DNA of 64,000 nt from Clostridiales bacterium (lineage in GTDB: Bacteria; Bacillota; Clostridia; Saccharofermentanales; Saccharofermentanaceae): positions 24,343 through 88,342 of the forward strand of contig JAFWDK010000023.1 of the NCBI GenBank assembly GCA_017513085.1. The letters are read 5' to 3'. Numbering within the stretch: position 1 is the first letter of the stretch; the number at the start of each line of letters is the position of its first letter. The notes under the pieces were generated by a model, which worked only from the letters and a program-made list of their open reading frames with translations, had not been told where the DNA came from and ran no database searches. Both the position numbers and the translations under genes were made by a program. Positions 9,878 through 19,058 of this stretch are shown piece by piece.

Positions 9878-12800
9878 TGCTTCGAAGTCAGGAAAGCGCT
9901 CCGGAAAAGCTTCGTTTTCCAACCAGACTGCCTACGAACCTGATCTGGATGTTTTGGGAAAGATGCCGACGATCTCGGCGACAGATATGCTTCTGCGTTT
10001 CCTGACACTTCTTGTGCCGGCTCTGGTTGCCTTGCTTGCCGGGCTTATTTTAAAAAATGATCTCAGCAGTTTCTTTACCTGGTGGGCAGCTTTCTATCTT
10101 TACAGTTGGGCGACCTTTCCACTCGTTGCCTATTTCTTCCGCGGGTTTGTCTCAACAGGATATGGTCTTTCCAAGAGTCTCGGTATCCTTTTGACGACCG
10201 GACCGGTTTGGCTGATCTCTTATCTCGGCATCTGGCAGAGTTTTAACCGTCCTATGACCTTTGTCATGTTTGCCATTCTTGTCGCGGTCTGCTGGGGAAT
10301 CCCGAAGACACGACGCGCAGCTTTGATCTCGATCTGTGATAACAAAAACATCCGCCACATTCTTCTTGAAGAAATCATCTTTACGATCGTCTTTGTCTTC
10401 CTTCTCTTCTGCAAGGGTATCGAACCGAAGATCAATGGTGAAGAGAAATTCATGAACTTCGGCTTTATGAATTCCATGGTCCGCTACGACGGTCTTCCGG
10501 CGAAAGACCAGTGGCTGTCCGGTTATTCCATCAATTACTATTACTACGGACAATATATCTTCTCCTATTTGACCAAGATGCTGGGCACCACGACCGGCGT
10601 GGCATACAACATTTCCATGTGTGCCGCTATCGCATTGCCTTTCTCGTCCGCTTTTACACTCGGTCAGATGTTTATCGACGGACTCATGCAAAAGCGCGAT
10701 TGTCCTGTATCCAAGTGGTACCTGCCTTTTGCAGGACTTCTTTCTTCTGCCTGCGTTATCTTTTTCGGTAACTCCCACTCTTTCTTTTACGATGAACAGA
10801 GCTTCGGAAATAAGATCCTGAGCTGGGGACTGTGGCAGAAGCTCGGCATCCACATCGGTAAAACAACAGAATTTTTCTACCCGGATTCCACCCGTTTTAT
10901 CGGACACAATCCTGACCTTATCCAGGAAGGCCTTTCAACAGTTGGAGATAAGACGATCCACGAATTCCCGTTTTACTCGTATCTGATCGGCGACCTGCAC
11001 GCGCACGTAGTCAGCATGACAATCGTCCTTCTGATCACCGCATTTATCTTCGTAGCCGTATTCCGGGCCAAATACGATAATGACCGGGATCAGAAGATCG
11101 TTCGCTTCCGTGGATTTAAGAAAAACATTGTCGGCGAGATGGGGCATCTCTTCCGTCCGGAATTCTTCTTTGCCGCTTATCTTCTGGGTCTGGCCCAGAT
11201 GTGCAACTACTGGGATTTCCTGATCTACTTTATTTTCTGCTCAATGGGACTTCTGGTCTATAACGCGAGGCGCTCGACTTACCTTTGTTCCTTTACGAGT
11301 TTCCTTGTCTTTATCTTCGAAGTCGGCGGAATCCTGGGTGTCTATCTGAAGTTTAACAGCAATGTTTTTGTTCACCTTTGCCTACAGATCGCAATCTTTG
11401 TGATCGCTTATCTGTTAACGACAGTCTTCCCGACTGCGATTTCCAGAACAGGCCTCGCCATGTCGATGCTGTTCTCGATCGCCAGCTTGATCTCTCTGTC
11501 TTTCAACCTCAAATTCGAGATGATCTCCAATTTCATCGCACTCACAGACAGACATACTTCTCTGTTCCAGTTCACAATCCTCTGGCTGATCCATTTCCTG
11601 ATCCCGCTTGCCTTGATCGTGCTTGTCGTTTCAACCAAACGTCACAAATACAAGAAGAATCTCCTCCCCATCCTTCCTGCACCGCTTCCATTGGTAAAAC
11701 CTGCGATGGACTTTAAGAAGGAAAAGAATAGCGACACTACTTCTTCGGAAGACGAAGACAGCCATATCGAGAAGAGTGATTCTGATGATCGTTCTGCGGA
11801 TCCGGACCTCGACTTCGACCCGGATACAGTCGTCAATAAAGCGCATATTCATCGTGCCCAGGACGCTTCGTCCGATCCTGATGTGAACGGCGGCACTTCT
11901 GATGAGGATGCAGATCCGAGTTTCCTGGCCCGTATCGCTTTACTGTTCCGCACACTGGATTACTATTTCGCTAAGTTCGGTGATTTCCTGCTTTGCAAAT
12001 TCTTCCGTCTGCGTTCCATCGTGGATATCTTCATGGTAGGCATGAGTTTTGTCGGCATGATGATGATCCTCGCTCCGGAGATCATCTATGTACGCGATAT
12101 CTATGGAGATGAATACCAGCGTTCCAACACCATGTTTAAGTTTACCTTTGCCGGATTCATCATGCTGTCACTGGTTATCGGTTATACCGTATTCCGCTTT
12201 ATGGCACATGTCACCCGGAAAGGAAATCTTTCCAACTGGGGTTTGACCGTTTCCATCATCATGATCGTCCTGATCATCTTTATCCCGGGACACTATACAT
12301 TACGTTCTCTCGATCAGCGCTCCGGCGAGATCAGCTCCGAACGCTATCAAGGTCTCGATGGTACCGCATACTTGACCACCTACCAGTCTTCCTACTGGTT
12401 TGATGACCACAGGTATGATGACGACCGGGATCTCAAGAGCTACGAAGGAAATCTGATGGCCTATAAAGAAGCCATTGATTGGTTTAACTCCAATGTCAAG
12501 GGCAGCAAGAACATCTGCGAAGCCCATGGATTAAGCTATTCGGATAAATGTATCATCTCATCGTACACAGGTCTTCCGACCATTGCCGGCTGGCAGACAC
12601 ACGAGCAGTTGTGGCACTTCCAGGGCATGATCGATGACGAAGGAAATTTCGTGGCAGATCCGGAAAGGGACGGCTGGAATAATATCGTCGGCCCGCGTTA
12701 TGGTGATCTGCAGACCATCTACTCCTCTGCTGATGTCGATGAGGTCAGCAGACTACTGCACCTCTACGATGTAACTTATGTTATCTGCGGTGACATGGAA

Positions 12801-12902
12801 CTGAGTCAGATGCATATCGTCAATTACTCCGTCTTCGATCAGATCGGCCAGGTGGTCTTCACTTCTTCTGACGGATCCCTGAAGATCTATAAGGTTCAGT
12901 AA
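9843..12902 (+). CDS. DUF2298 (YYY-motif) polytopic membrane protein, putative GT-C-like transferase
   Basis: GEEKFMNFGFMNS, PAKDQWLSG..INYYYYGQ, TIHEFPFYSYLIGDLHAH, NTMFKF, GLPTIAGW, with many TM helices. Start taken at ATG 9843, overlapping the end of the upstream gene. Confidence 0.82.
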   Translation: MKKNSRTSKSSNASKSGKRSGKASFSNQTAYEPDLDVLGKMPTISATDMLLRFLTLLVPALVALLAGLILKNDLSSFFTWWAAFYLYSWATFPLVAYFFRGFVSTGYGLSKSLGILLTTGPVWLISYLGIWQSFNRPMTFVMFAILVAVCWGIPKTRRAALISICDNKNIRHILLEEIIFTIVFVFLLFCKGIEPKINGEEKFMNFGFMNSMVRYDGLPAKDQWLSGYSINYYYYGQYIFSYLTKMLGTTTGVAYNISMCAAIALPFSSAFTLGQMFIDGLMQKRDCPVSKWYLPFAGLLSSACVIFFGNSHSFFYDEQSFGNKILSWGLWQKLGIHIGKTTEFFYPDSTRFIGHNPDLIQEGLSTVGDKTIHEFPFYSYLIGDLHAHVVSMTIVLLITAFIFVAVFRAKYDNDRDQKIVRFRGFKKNIVGEMGHLFRPEFFFAAYLLGLAQMCNYWDFLIYFIFCSMGLLVYNARRSTYLCSFTSFLVFIFEVGGILGVYLKFNSNVFVHLCLQIAIFVIAYLLTTVFPTAISRTGLAMSMLFSIASLISLSFNLKFEMISNFIALTDRHTSLFQFTILWLIHFLIPLALIVLVVSTKRHKYKKNLLPILPAPLPLVKPAMDFKKEKNSDTTSSEDEDSHIEKSDSDDRSADPDLDFDPDTVVNKAHIHRAQDASSDPDVNGGTSDEDADPSFLARIALLFRTLDYYFAKFGDFLLCKFFRLRSIVDIFMVGMSFVGMMMILAPEIIYVRDIYGDEYQRSNTMFKFTFAGFIMLSLVIGYTVFRFMAHVTRKGNLSNWGLTVSIIMIVLIIFIPGHYTLRSLDQRSGEISSERYQGLDGTAYLTTYQSSYWFDDHRYDDDRDLKSYEGNLMAYKEAIDWFNSNVKGSKNICEAHGLSYSDKCIISSYTGLPTIAGWQTHEQLWHFQGMIDDEGNFVADPERDGWNNIVGPRYGDLQTIYSSADVDEVSRLLHLYDVTYVICGDMELSQMHIVNYSVFDQIGQVVFTSSDGSLKIYKVQ

Positions 12903-12919
12903 GCTGAACTCCGATAGAA

Positions 12920-12966
12920 CAAAAAAAGAACGAAGCTGTCTCAAATGAGACAGCTTCGTTTTCTTT
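12920..12966. terminator. Bidirectional intrinsic terminator
   Basis: AACGAAGCTGTCTCA-AA-TGAGACAGCTTCGTT, flanked by an A-run and a T-rich tail, between convergent genes. Confidence 0.85.
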
Positions 12967-12989
12967 GTCCTTCGTTATATTCAACTGCA

Positions 12990-13169
12990 TCAGTTGCCGC
13001 TAATGTCGACCTGGGCTTCTACGACCGATTCACCACGTATAGGAAGGATCGGTTCATTAGAAGTGGCATTGTATTCATAAAACCAAAGGACGATACCTCC
13101 GATGATAAATGCCAGGATCAACAAGCTCGCAACGATCTCGCCGATCAACTCAGATATTCGGATACTCAT
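12990..13169 (-). CDS. Small single-TM protein (59 aa), hypothetical
   Basis: GAGGGG RBS before ATG 13169. Hydrophobic stretch IVASLLILAFIIGGIVLWFY. A terminator follows. Confidence 0.6.
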   Translation of the reverse strand: MSIRISELIGEIVASLLILAFIIGGIVLWFYEYNATSNEPILPIRGESVVEAQVDISGN

Positions 13170-13353
13170 TTTCACCCCTCAAAATATTAAAAGATATGAC
13201 ATCCTCCGATATCTGAGTTCAGAATATACTAAACTTATCGGAAAAACAACCTTTTTCGAAGGAATGTCAGCAATTCAAGCAGAAGTCACAAACTTATCGT
13301 GCTTTTTGCCTGAAATATCGTGGAAGGCTCCATATCCGCTCGTCATACGGAGA

Positions 13354-14085
13354 TTACTGAATGTAGCCGATCTCCTGAGCCAGCTTCTTCTCGATCACAA
13401 CGGTCGCATCACGATGCATGCGCATGAATGTTGCCGGGCACATCGGATCGATACGGTCACTCATAAGAAGCTTGCTTGCCGCTTCTTTCTTGTTTCCGTT
13501 GATGATCATGATCAAAGCCTTGGCGCGCATGATGTTACCCATACCCATCGTTACGGCATAGCGCGGAACCTCGTCACGATTTGCAAAGAAACGTGCATTG
13601 GCATCGATCGTAGACTCATCCAGGACCTCCTTGTGTGCGCCATCGATCAGAACCGGACCCGGCTCATTAAATGCCAGATGTCCATCCGGGCCAACACCCA
13701 GGACCTGAATCTCGATTTCTGTCTTATCCAAAAGAGCATTGAACTCCTTGAGGTTCTCGTCCACATCACCGATTCCCTTGGCAACGTAGGTATTCGCTTT
13801 ATCAATGTTGATATGGTCGAATAGATTGCTGTCCATAAAATAACGGTAGCTCTGATTATGAGTCGGCTCCAGACCTACATACTCATCAAGGTTGACGGTA
13901 TGGATCTTGGAAAAGTCCAGACCTTCTTCTTTGCATCGACGGGAAAGTTCCTGATACATGCCTACCGGGCTGGATCCTGTTGCCAGGCCGAGTGTGCACT
14001 CCGGCTTCTCACGTACGACTTTCTCAATGATGTCTGCCGCTTTCTTGCTGGCGTCCTGATAATTTTCTGCAATAATTACTTTCAT
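13354..14085 (-). CDS. nagB: Glucosamine-6-phosphate deaminase
   Basis: LGLATGSSP, NLDEYVGL, GVGPDGHLAFNEPG, TMGMG. Confidence 0.95.
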   Translation of the reverse strand: MKVIIAENYQDASKKAADIIEKVVREKPECTLGLATGSSPVGMYQELSRRCKEEGLDFSKIHTVNLDEYVGLEPTHNQSYRYFMDSNLFDHINIDKANTYVAKGIGDVDENLKEFNALLDKTEIEIQVLGVGPDGHLAFNEPGPVLIDGAHKEVLDESTIDANARFFANRDEVPRYAVTMGMGNIMRAKALIMIINGNKKEAASKLLMSDRIDPMCPATFMRMHRDATVVIEKKLAQEIGYIQ

Positions 14086-14128
14086 AGATGTGCCTCCTTT
14101 GGCCTGAATGATTCATCTTTCTGGTTCA

Positions 14129-14797
14129 TTATTTCTGCTTGATCACGATATTTCCCTGATCCTTGTAGATGCTGTTCTCAGGGATCACACCACGGACACA
14201 GGATGTCGGATACACATTGCTGTTTCTTCCGATCACCGTACCCGGATTCAATACACTGTTACAGCCGACTTCTACAAAGTCACCCAGCATCGCGCCGACT
14301 TTCTTTCTTCCTGTCTCGATCATCTCGTCACCGTTCTTGATCACAACAGGCAGCTTGTCGCTCTTGACGTTACTGGTGATGGAACCGGCGCCCATATGGG
14401 ACTTATAACCCAGGATAGAGTCGCCGACATAGTTATAATGCGGAACCTGCACACTATTGAACAGGATCACATTCTTCAATTCAGTAGAGTTTCCGACCAC
14501 GCATCCTTCGCCGACAAGCGCGGAGCCTCTGACAAAAGCACACTGGCGGACTTCTGTTTTATGTCCGATGATGCACGGACCTCCGATATATGCAGTAGCA
14601 AAAACTTTGGCATCTTTCGCGATCCAGACATCATCCGACGGATGGTCGAACTCATCTTCCGGAAGTGTTTTACCGATCTCCAGGATCAGATCCGAGATAC
14701 CGGCGAGCGCTTCCCAAGGATATGTGAACTTTCCGAGATATTTTGCTACCTGCGGATAAGTCTGTGTTAGATCGTAAAGGTCATTGATCGTATACAT
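14129..14797 (-). CDS. GlmU-like hexapeptide-repeat acetyltransferase (acetyltransferase half only)
   Basis: Left-handed beta-helix repeats, GNSTELKN, HYNYVGDSILG, GAGSITSN. ATG 14797 overlaps the glmM stop (TAATG). Confidence 0.8.
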   Translation of the reverse strand: MYTINDLYDLTQTYPQVAKYLGKFTYPWEALAGISDLILEIGKTLPEDEFDHPSDDVWIAKDAKVFATAYIGGPCIIGHKTEVRQCAFVRGSALVGEGCVVGNSTELKNVILFNSVQVPHYNYVGDSILGYKSHMGAGSITSNVKSDKLPVVIKNGDEMIETGRKKVGAMLGDFVEVGCNSVLNPGTVIGRNSNVYPTSCVRGVIPENSIYKDQGNIVIKQK

Positions 14798-16173
14798 TAT
14801 TTCTTCACCTCCACAAGATGGCCGCTCTTTTCCATCGCAGCGATGATCGCATCCACCTGCTTCTCGCATTCTTCATAAGAACCTGCCTCAGACATTACGC
14901 GGAGAACCGGTTCCGTACCGCTCTTTCTAAGAAGAACACGTCCATTATCGCCGAGTTCTGCCGTGCAGGCATCCACCTGGGCTTTAACCGTCGGATCTGC
15001 GAGAGTTCCGTCCTTATCGTCAACGACAACATTCTTAAGGACCTGCGGATACATCTTGCAGCCGGAAGCCAGAACGGAAAGCGGCAGATTCGTCGCAAGA
15101 AGCACTTCCATCAGCATGATTGCTGTGATCAGGCCGTCTCCTGTGTGGGCATACTTTCTGAAAATAACATGTCCGGACTGTTCGCCGCCGATCATGTGAT
15201 CGTTTTCTTTCATGTTCTCATATACGTAACGGTCACCTACCGCGGTCTTCTCATAAGCGATACCTGCTTCATCCAGTGCTTTGTAAAGACCGAAGTTGGA
15301 CATGACCGTAGTAACTACAGTGTTATTCGTAAGCTGGCCCTTCTCCTTGAGATACTTCGCGCAAATGTACATGATCTTGTCGCCATTTACGACGTTTCCA
15401 AGTTCATCTACTGCCAGGCAACGGTCCGCATCGCCGTCAAAAGCAAAGCCCAGATCCAGTTTGTTATCCACAACATACTTCTGAAGACCTTCGATGTGTG
15501 TGGAACCGCATCCGGTATTGATGTTCACTCCGTCCGGTGTGTTGTTGATCACGTAGGTCTTCGCGCCCAGGGCATCAAATACGGCACGGCCGATCATCCA
15601 GGAACTGCCGTTCGCGCAATCCAATCCGACCTTATGCTTAGCATAGGACTTTGTTGCCAGTCCGGTAAGATAACCGATATAGCGGTTTCTTCCGGAATAA
15701 TAGTCGATCGTCTTACCGATCTTATCTTCAGATGCAAATGGAAGTTCTGCGATCTCGCCATCGATATACTTCTCGATCTGGTCCTGAAGATCGTCATCCA
15801 TCTTCTCGCCTTCCACATTCATCAGCTTGATACCATTATCGTAATACGGGTTGTGGCTGGCTGAGATCATCACGCCGCAATCAAAATCCTCCGTGCGGGT
15901 AATGTAGCTGACGCAAGGTGTTGTTGTAACATGTAATAAATAAGCATCAGCGCCCGAAGACGTGATGCCTGCTGCTAACGCGTTCTCATACATGTAAGAA
16001 GAACGACGTGTATCTTTTCCAATCACGATTTTCGCGGAACAATCCGCGCCTTTTTCCTGATGTTGTTGCATGTAGTACCAACCGAGAAAACGACCGGTCT
16101 TAAATGCATGTTCCGCCGTCAAAACTACCCCTGCTTTTCCACGGAATCCATCTGTTCCAAAATATTTTCCCAT
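14797..16173 (-). CDS. glmM: Phosphoglucosamine mutase
   Basis: YFGTDGFRG, ISASHNP, FDGDADR, GGEQSGH, RKSGTEP. Confidence 0.96.
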   Translation of the reverse strand: MGKYFGTDGFRGKAGVVLTAEHAFKTGRFLGWYYMQQHQEKGADCSAKIVIGKDTRRSSYMYENALAAGITSSGADAYLLHVTTTPCVSYITRTEDFDCGVMISASHNPYYDNGIKLMNVEGEKMDDDLQDQIEKYIDGEIAELPFASEDKIGKTIDYYSGRNRYIGYLTGLATKSYAKHKVGLDCANGSSWMIGRAVFDALGAKTYVINNTPDGVNINTGCGSTHIEGLQKYVVDNKLDLGFAFDGDADRCLAVDELGNVVNGDKIMYICAKYLKEKGQLTNNTVVTTVMSNFGLYKALDEAGIAYEKTAVGDRYVYENMKENDHMIGGEQSGHVIFRKYAHTGDGLITAIMLMEVLLATNLPLSVLASGCKMYPQVLKNVVVDDKDGTLADPTVKAQVDACTAELGDNGRVLLRKSGTEPVLRVMSEAGSYEECEKQVDAIIAAMEKSGHLVEVKK

Positions 16174-16345
16174 GCGAAAATCTCCTTATTTTCGAATATA
16201 CGGTAAAATTTTACACTTACGAAGACGAAATTAAAATACTTTCTCGTTGAATTTTACATTTCAATATCGATACATCTTTGAACTTCAAAACAAAAAACGC
16301 CGCTACAAGCGGCATTTTTGCGATACTGTTTCGGTTTCGGAAGAA

Positions 16346-16909
16346 TCATTTCTTTCCTTTGGCAACAGGCTTTTTCGCAACTTTGGCATTCTTGGCCGAA
16401 GCCGCTCCTGAAGCAACACCCAGGATCTTCTGTTTTCTGTGCTGGCTGGTACCGCAGTCCACACGCACGCCACGCATCAGATCACGTCCGTAAACCTTGA
16501 CCTGTCTTCCGCAAGAGCATCTGCAAAACCACTGCAGATTCTTACCACTCTTGATTCCGGTCATAGCCTCTACGGTAAGTTCTCCAAATACCTGTCCGGT
16601 CAAATCATCCATGGCCGCCGTCTCTCTTCTTGACTGGCCCTGAAAATCTTCCTCTTTTAACGGTTTTCTTGTCGTATCACGATAAGGGCAATTCTCATCA
16701 AAACAGTTGCTCACTTCCGTGTGAAGCAAACGATGGGAAGTGATCCGGATCTCATTTCCGCAATCACACTTGCACTTCCACACAACTTTCCCGTTAAATC
16801 TCTCTGCCGTCTCCTCCAAAGCGACCAGATGCCCAAACCGTTCACCCGCAATGTTCTTAACTTTACGGCCACGGCCCTCATTTTTTTTGTCTCTGATAAT
16901 TGTCGGCAT
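16346..16909 (-). CDS. Small basic protein with two 'G.RFG.L.V..W.C.C.CG' repeats (module seen in phage HNH/AP2 proteins)
   Basis: IAGERFGHLVAL..WKCKCDCGN and DLTGQVFGELTV..WFCRCSCGR, followed by a Lys/Ala-rich tail. Confidence 0.7.
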   Translation of the reverse strand: MPTIIRDKKNEGRGRKVKNIAGERFGHLVALEETAERFNGKVVWKCKCDCGNEIRITSHRLLHTEVSNCFDENCPYRDTTRKPLKEEDFQGQSRRETAAMDDLTGQVFGELTVEAMTGIKSGKNLQWFCRCSCGRQVKVYGRDLMRGVRVDCGTSQHRKQKILGVASGAASAKNAKVAKKPVAKGKK

Positions 16910-17031
16910 TCTTTGTGTTTCCTTTCCAAAAAAACACCATAATCGGTGTTCAACATGAATATTTTACCATGATATATCAGAATCTCAATATAAAATTCTC
17001 TGACTTTTTAAAGGACAGGAAGTCCACGAAA

Positions 17032-17075
17032 AAGCTGTCTCCTTCCGATGAAAAACACCTTCTGGAGACAGCCTT
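17032..17075 (-). terminator. Terminator-like hairpin downstream of the ABC exporter genes
   Basis: GCTGTCTCC..GGAGACAGC stem with a T-run on the minus strand. Confidence 0.55.
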
Positions 17076-17102
17076 GTTCATGTTCCGGAATATCCGAAAC
17101 GA

Positions 17103-19058
17103 TCATTCTAATTCAAAAGCACCTGTGTACAGTTGATAATATTTTCCTTTTTCGGCGATCAGGGATTCGTGGTCACCACGCTCAATGATGTGTCCGTTTT
17201 CGAGTACCATGATCGCTTTACTGTTCTGTACGGTAGACAGACGGTGTGCAATAACGAATACCGTTCTGTTTTCCATGAGCGCATCCATACCTCGCTGAAC
17301 GATAGCCTCGGTACGGGTATCGATGGAACTCGTCGCCTCGTCCAGGATCATGACCGGCGGATCGGCAACCGCTGCTCTGGCAATCGCGATCAACTGACGC
17401 TGACCCTGCGAAAGCTCTGCGCCGTTGGCGGTCAGGACCGTATCGTAGCCTTGCGGAAGCTTGCTGATAAAGTCATGGGCATTCGCCAGCTTGGCCGCCT
17501 CGATGCACTCCTCGTCCGTTGCTTTCAGGTTACCATAGCGGATGTTATCCATGACCGAACCTGTGAAAAGATTCGTCTCCTGAAGCACGATACCCAATGA
17601 GTGTCGAAGATCCGCTTTCTTGATCTTGTTGATGTTGATATCATCGTATCGGATCTTACCATCCGCAATATCGTAGAAACGGTTGATCAGGTTCGTGATC
17701 GTCGTCTTGCCGGCACCTGTCGCGCCAACAAAAGCGATCTTCTGTCCTGGTTTGGCAAAGAGCGATACATCATAGAGGACCTGCTTCTTGCCATCATAAC
17801 TGAAGTCCACATCGAACAACCGGACATCGCCGCTTACCTCTTTATAGGTCAGAGTGCCATCTCCATGAGGATGCTTCCAGGCCCAGACATAGTCTTTACT
17901 GTGCTTATGGGCGAGTGCCTCCTCCTCGGAAACTTCGGTCAGTTCTTCACCATTCTTCTTGCAGTGTACCAGCGTAACATATCCTTCATCCGTCTCGGAC
18001 TTTTCATCCATCAGTTTGAAGATACGACCGGCTCCGGCCATCGCCATGATGATTGCATTCATCTGCTGGGAAACCTGGGATACCGGCATAACAAATGCTT
18101 TGGTAAGTTGCAGGAAGGAAGCGATAACACCGACTGTAATGGCCTTTACCCCACACTGAATAGCCAGGAATCCACCTACGAAAGCCACGAGTACATAAAG
18201 GACATTTCCGATATTACCCATGATCGGCATCAGGATGTTGGCAAAGATGTTAGCCTTTGTCGCATTCTCGCAAAGTTCTCCGTTCTTCTTGTCAAAAGCA
18301 TCTTTCGCGCGATCTTCGTATGTGAAAACTTTTACGACCTTCTGTCCGTTGACCATCTCTTCGATGTAACCGTTTACATCGCCAAGCGATGCCTGCTGCT
18401 TCACAAAATACGTTGCACTCTTTCCACCGATCTTGCCCATAAAGAAGATCATGGCAAATGTGCCAAGCAAAACCATGATCGTCAGCTGCCAGCAGGTCAC
18501 GATCATACCGACCAGCGTGGCAATGATCGTAATGGCGGAAGAAACCATGGACGGGAAACTCTGGGAGATCATCTGCCGCAAGGTGTCTACGTCGTTGGTA
18601 TAGTGGCTCATGACATCTCCGTGCGAGTGTGTATCGAAATAGGAGATCGGAAGAGTCTGCATATGCTTGAACATGTCGTCACGCACATTCTGCAATACAT
18701 TCTGCGAGATCACCAGCATGATCTGACCCTGGAAAAGGTTGGCGATCACGCCGAAGCCGAACAATACGGCGACGATCCGGATCCATGTCAGAAGACTGGA
18801 GAAATCCACCGCGTCTCTTCCCGAGATCGTTGCCCGTGTCAGAAGCGGATCGATATAGTCATCGATCAGGTTCTTGATGAACATATTTCCCAGAACAGAA
18901 GTTACTGAAGCGACAATAATACATATAAATACGATACCCAGAAGGATCTTGTATTTTCCTGTCAGATACGAAAGCAGTCTCTTGACCAGTTTCATGGAGA
19001 TCGGGTTTTTCTTTAAGTCCTCCCGATTCATAGGACGTGCTCCTCTCGGCGGCGGCAT
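17103..19058 (-). CDS. Type IV ABC exporter, fused TMD-NBD subunit
   Basis: TM domain, then GATGAGKT, LSQGQRQ, ILDEATS, IAHRLS. Confidence 0.93.
   Translation of the reverse strand: MPPPRGARPMNREDLKKNPISMKLVKRLLSYLTGKYKILLGIVFICIIVASVTSVLGNMFIKNLIDDYIDPLLTRATISGRDAVDFSSLLTWIRIVAVLFGFGVIANLFQGQIMLVISQNVLQNVRDDMFKHMQTLPISYFDTHSHGDVMSHYTNDVDTLRQMISQSFPSMVSSAITIIATLVGMIVTCWQLTIMVLLGTFAMIFFMGKIGGKSATYFVKQQASLGDVNGYIEEMVNGQKVVKVFTYEDRAKDAFDKKNGELCENATKANIFANILMPIMGNIGNVLYVLVAFVGGFLAIQCGVKAITVGVIASFLQLTKAFVMPVSQVSQQMNAIIMAMAGAGRIFKLMDEKSETDEGYVTLVHCKKNGEELTEVSEEEALAHKHSKDYVWAWKHPHGDGTLTYKEVSGDVRLFDVDFSYDGKKQVLYDVSLFAKPGQKIAFVGATGAGKTTITNLINRFYDIADGKIRYDDININKIKKADLRHSLGIVLQETNLFTGSVMDNIRYGNLKATDEECIEAAKLANAHDFISKLPQGYDTVLTANGAELSQGQRQLIAIARAAVADPPVMILDEATSSIDTRTEAIVQRGMDALMENRTVFVIAHRLSTVQNSKAIMVLENGHIIERGDHESLIAEKGKYYQLYTGAFELE

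Noticed and set aside
13102-13824. 240-aa plus-strand ORF
   Set aside because: It is mostly antisense to nagB and has no recognisable features.
16174-16345. Possible glmS ribozyme or riboswitch upstream of glmM
   Set aside because: The region is short and AT-rich, with no recognisable ribozyme core.
17601-18908. 435-aa plus-strand ORF
   Set aside because: It is the antisense shadow of the ABC exporter gene.
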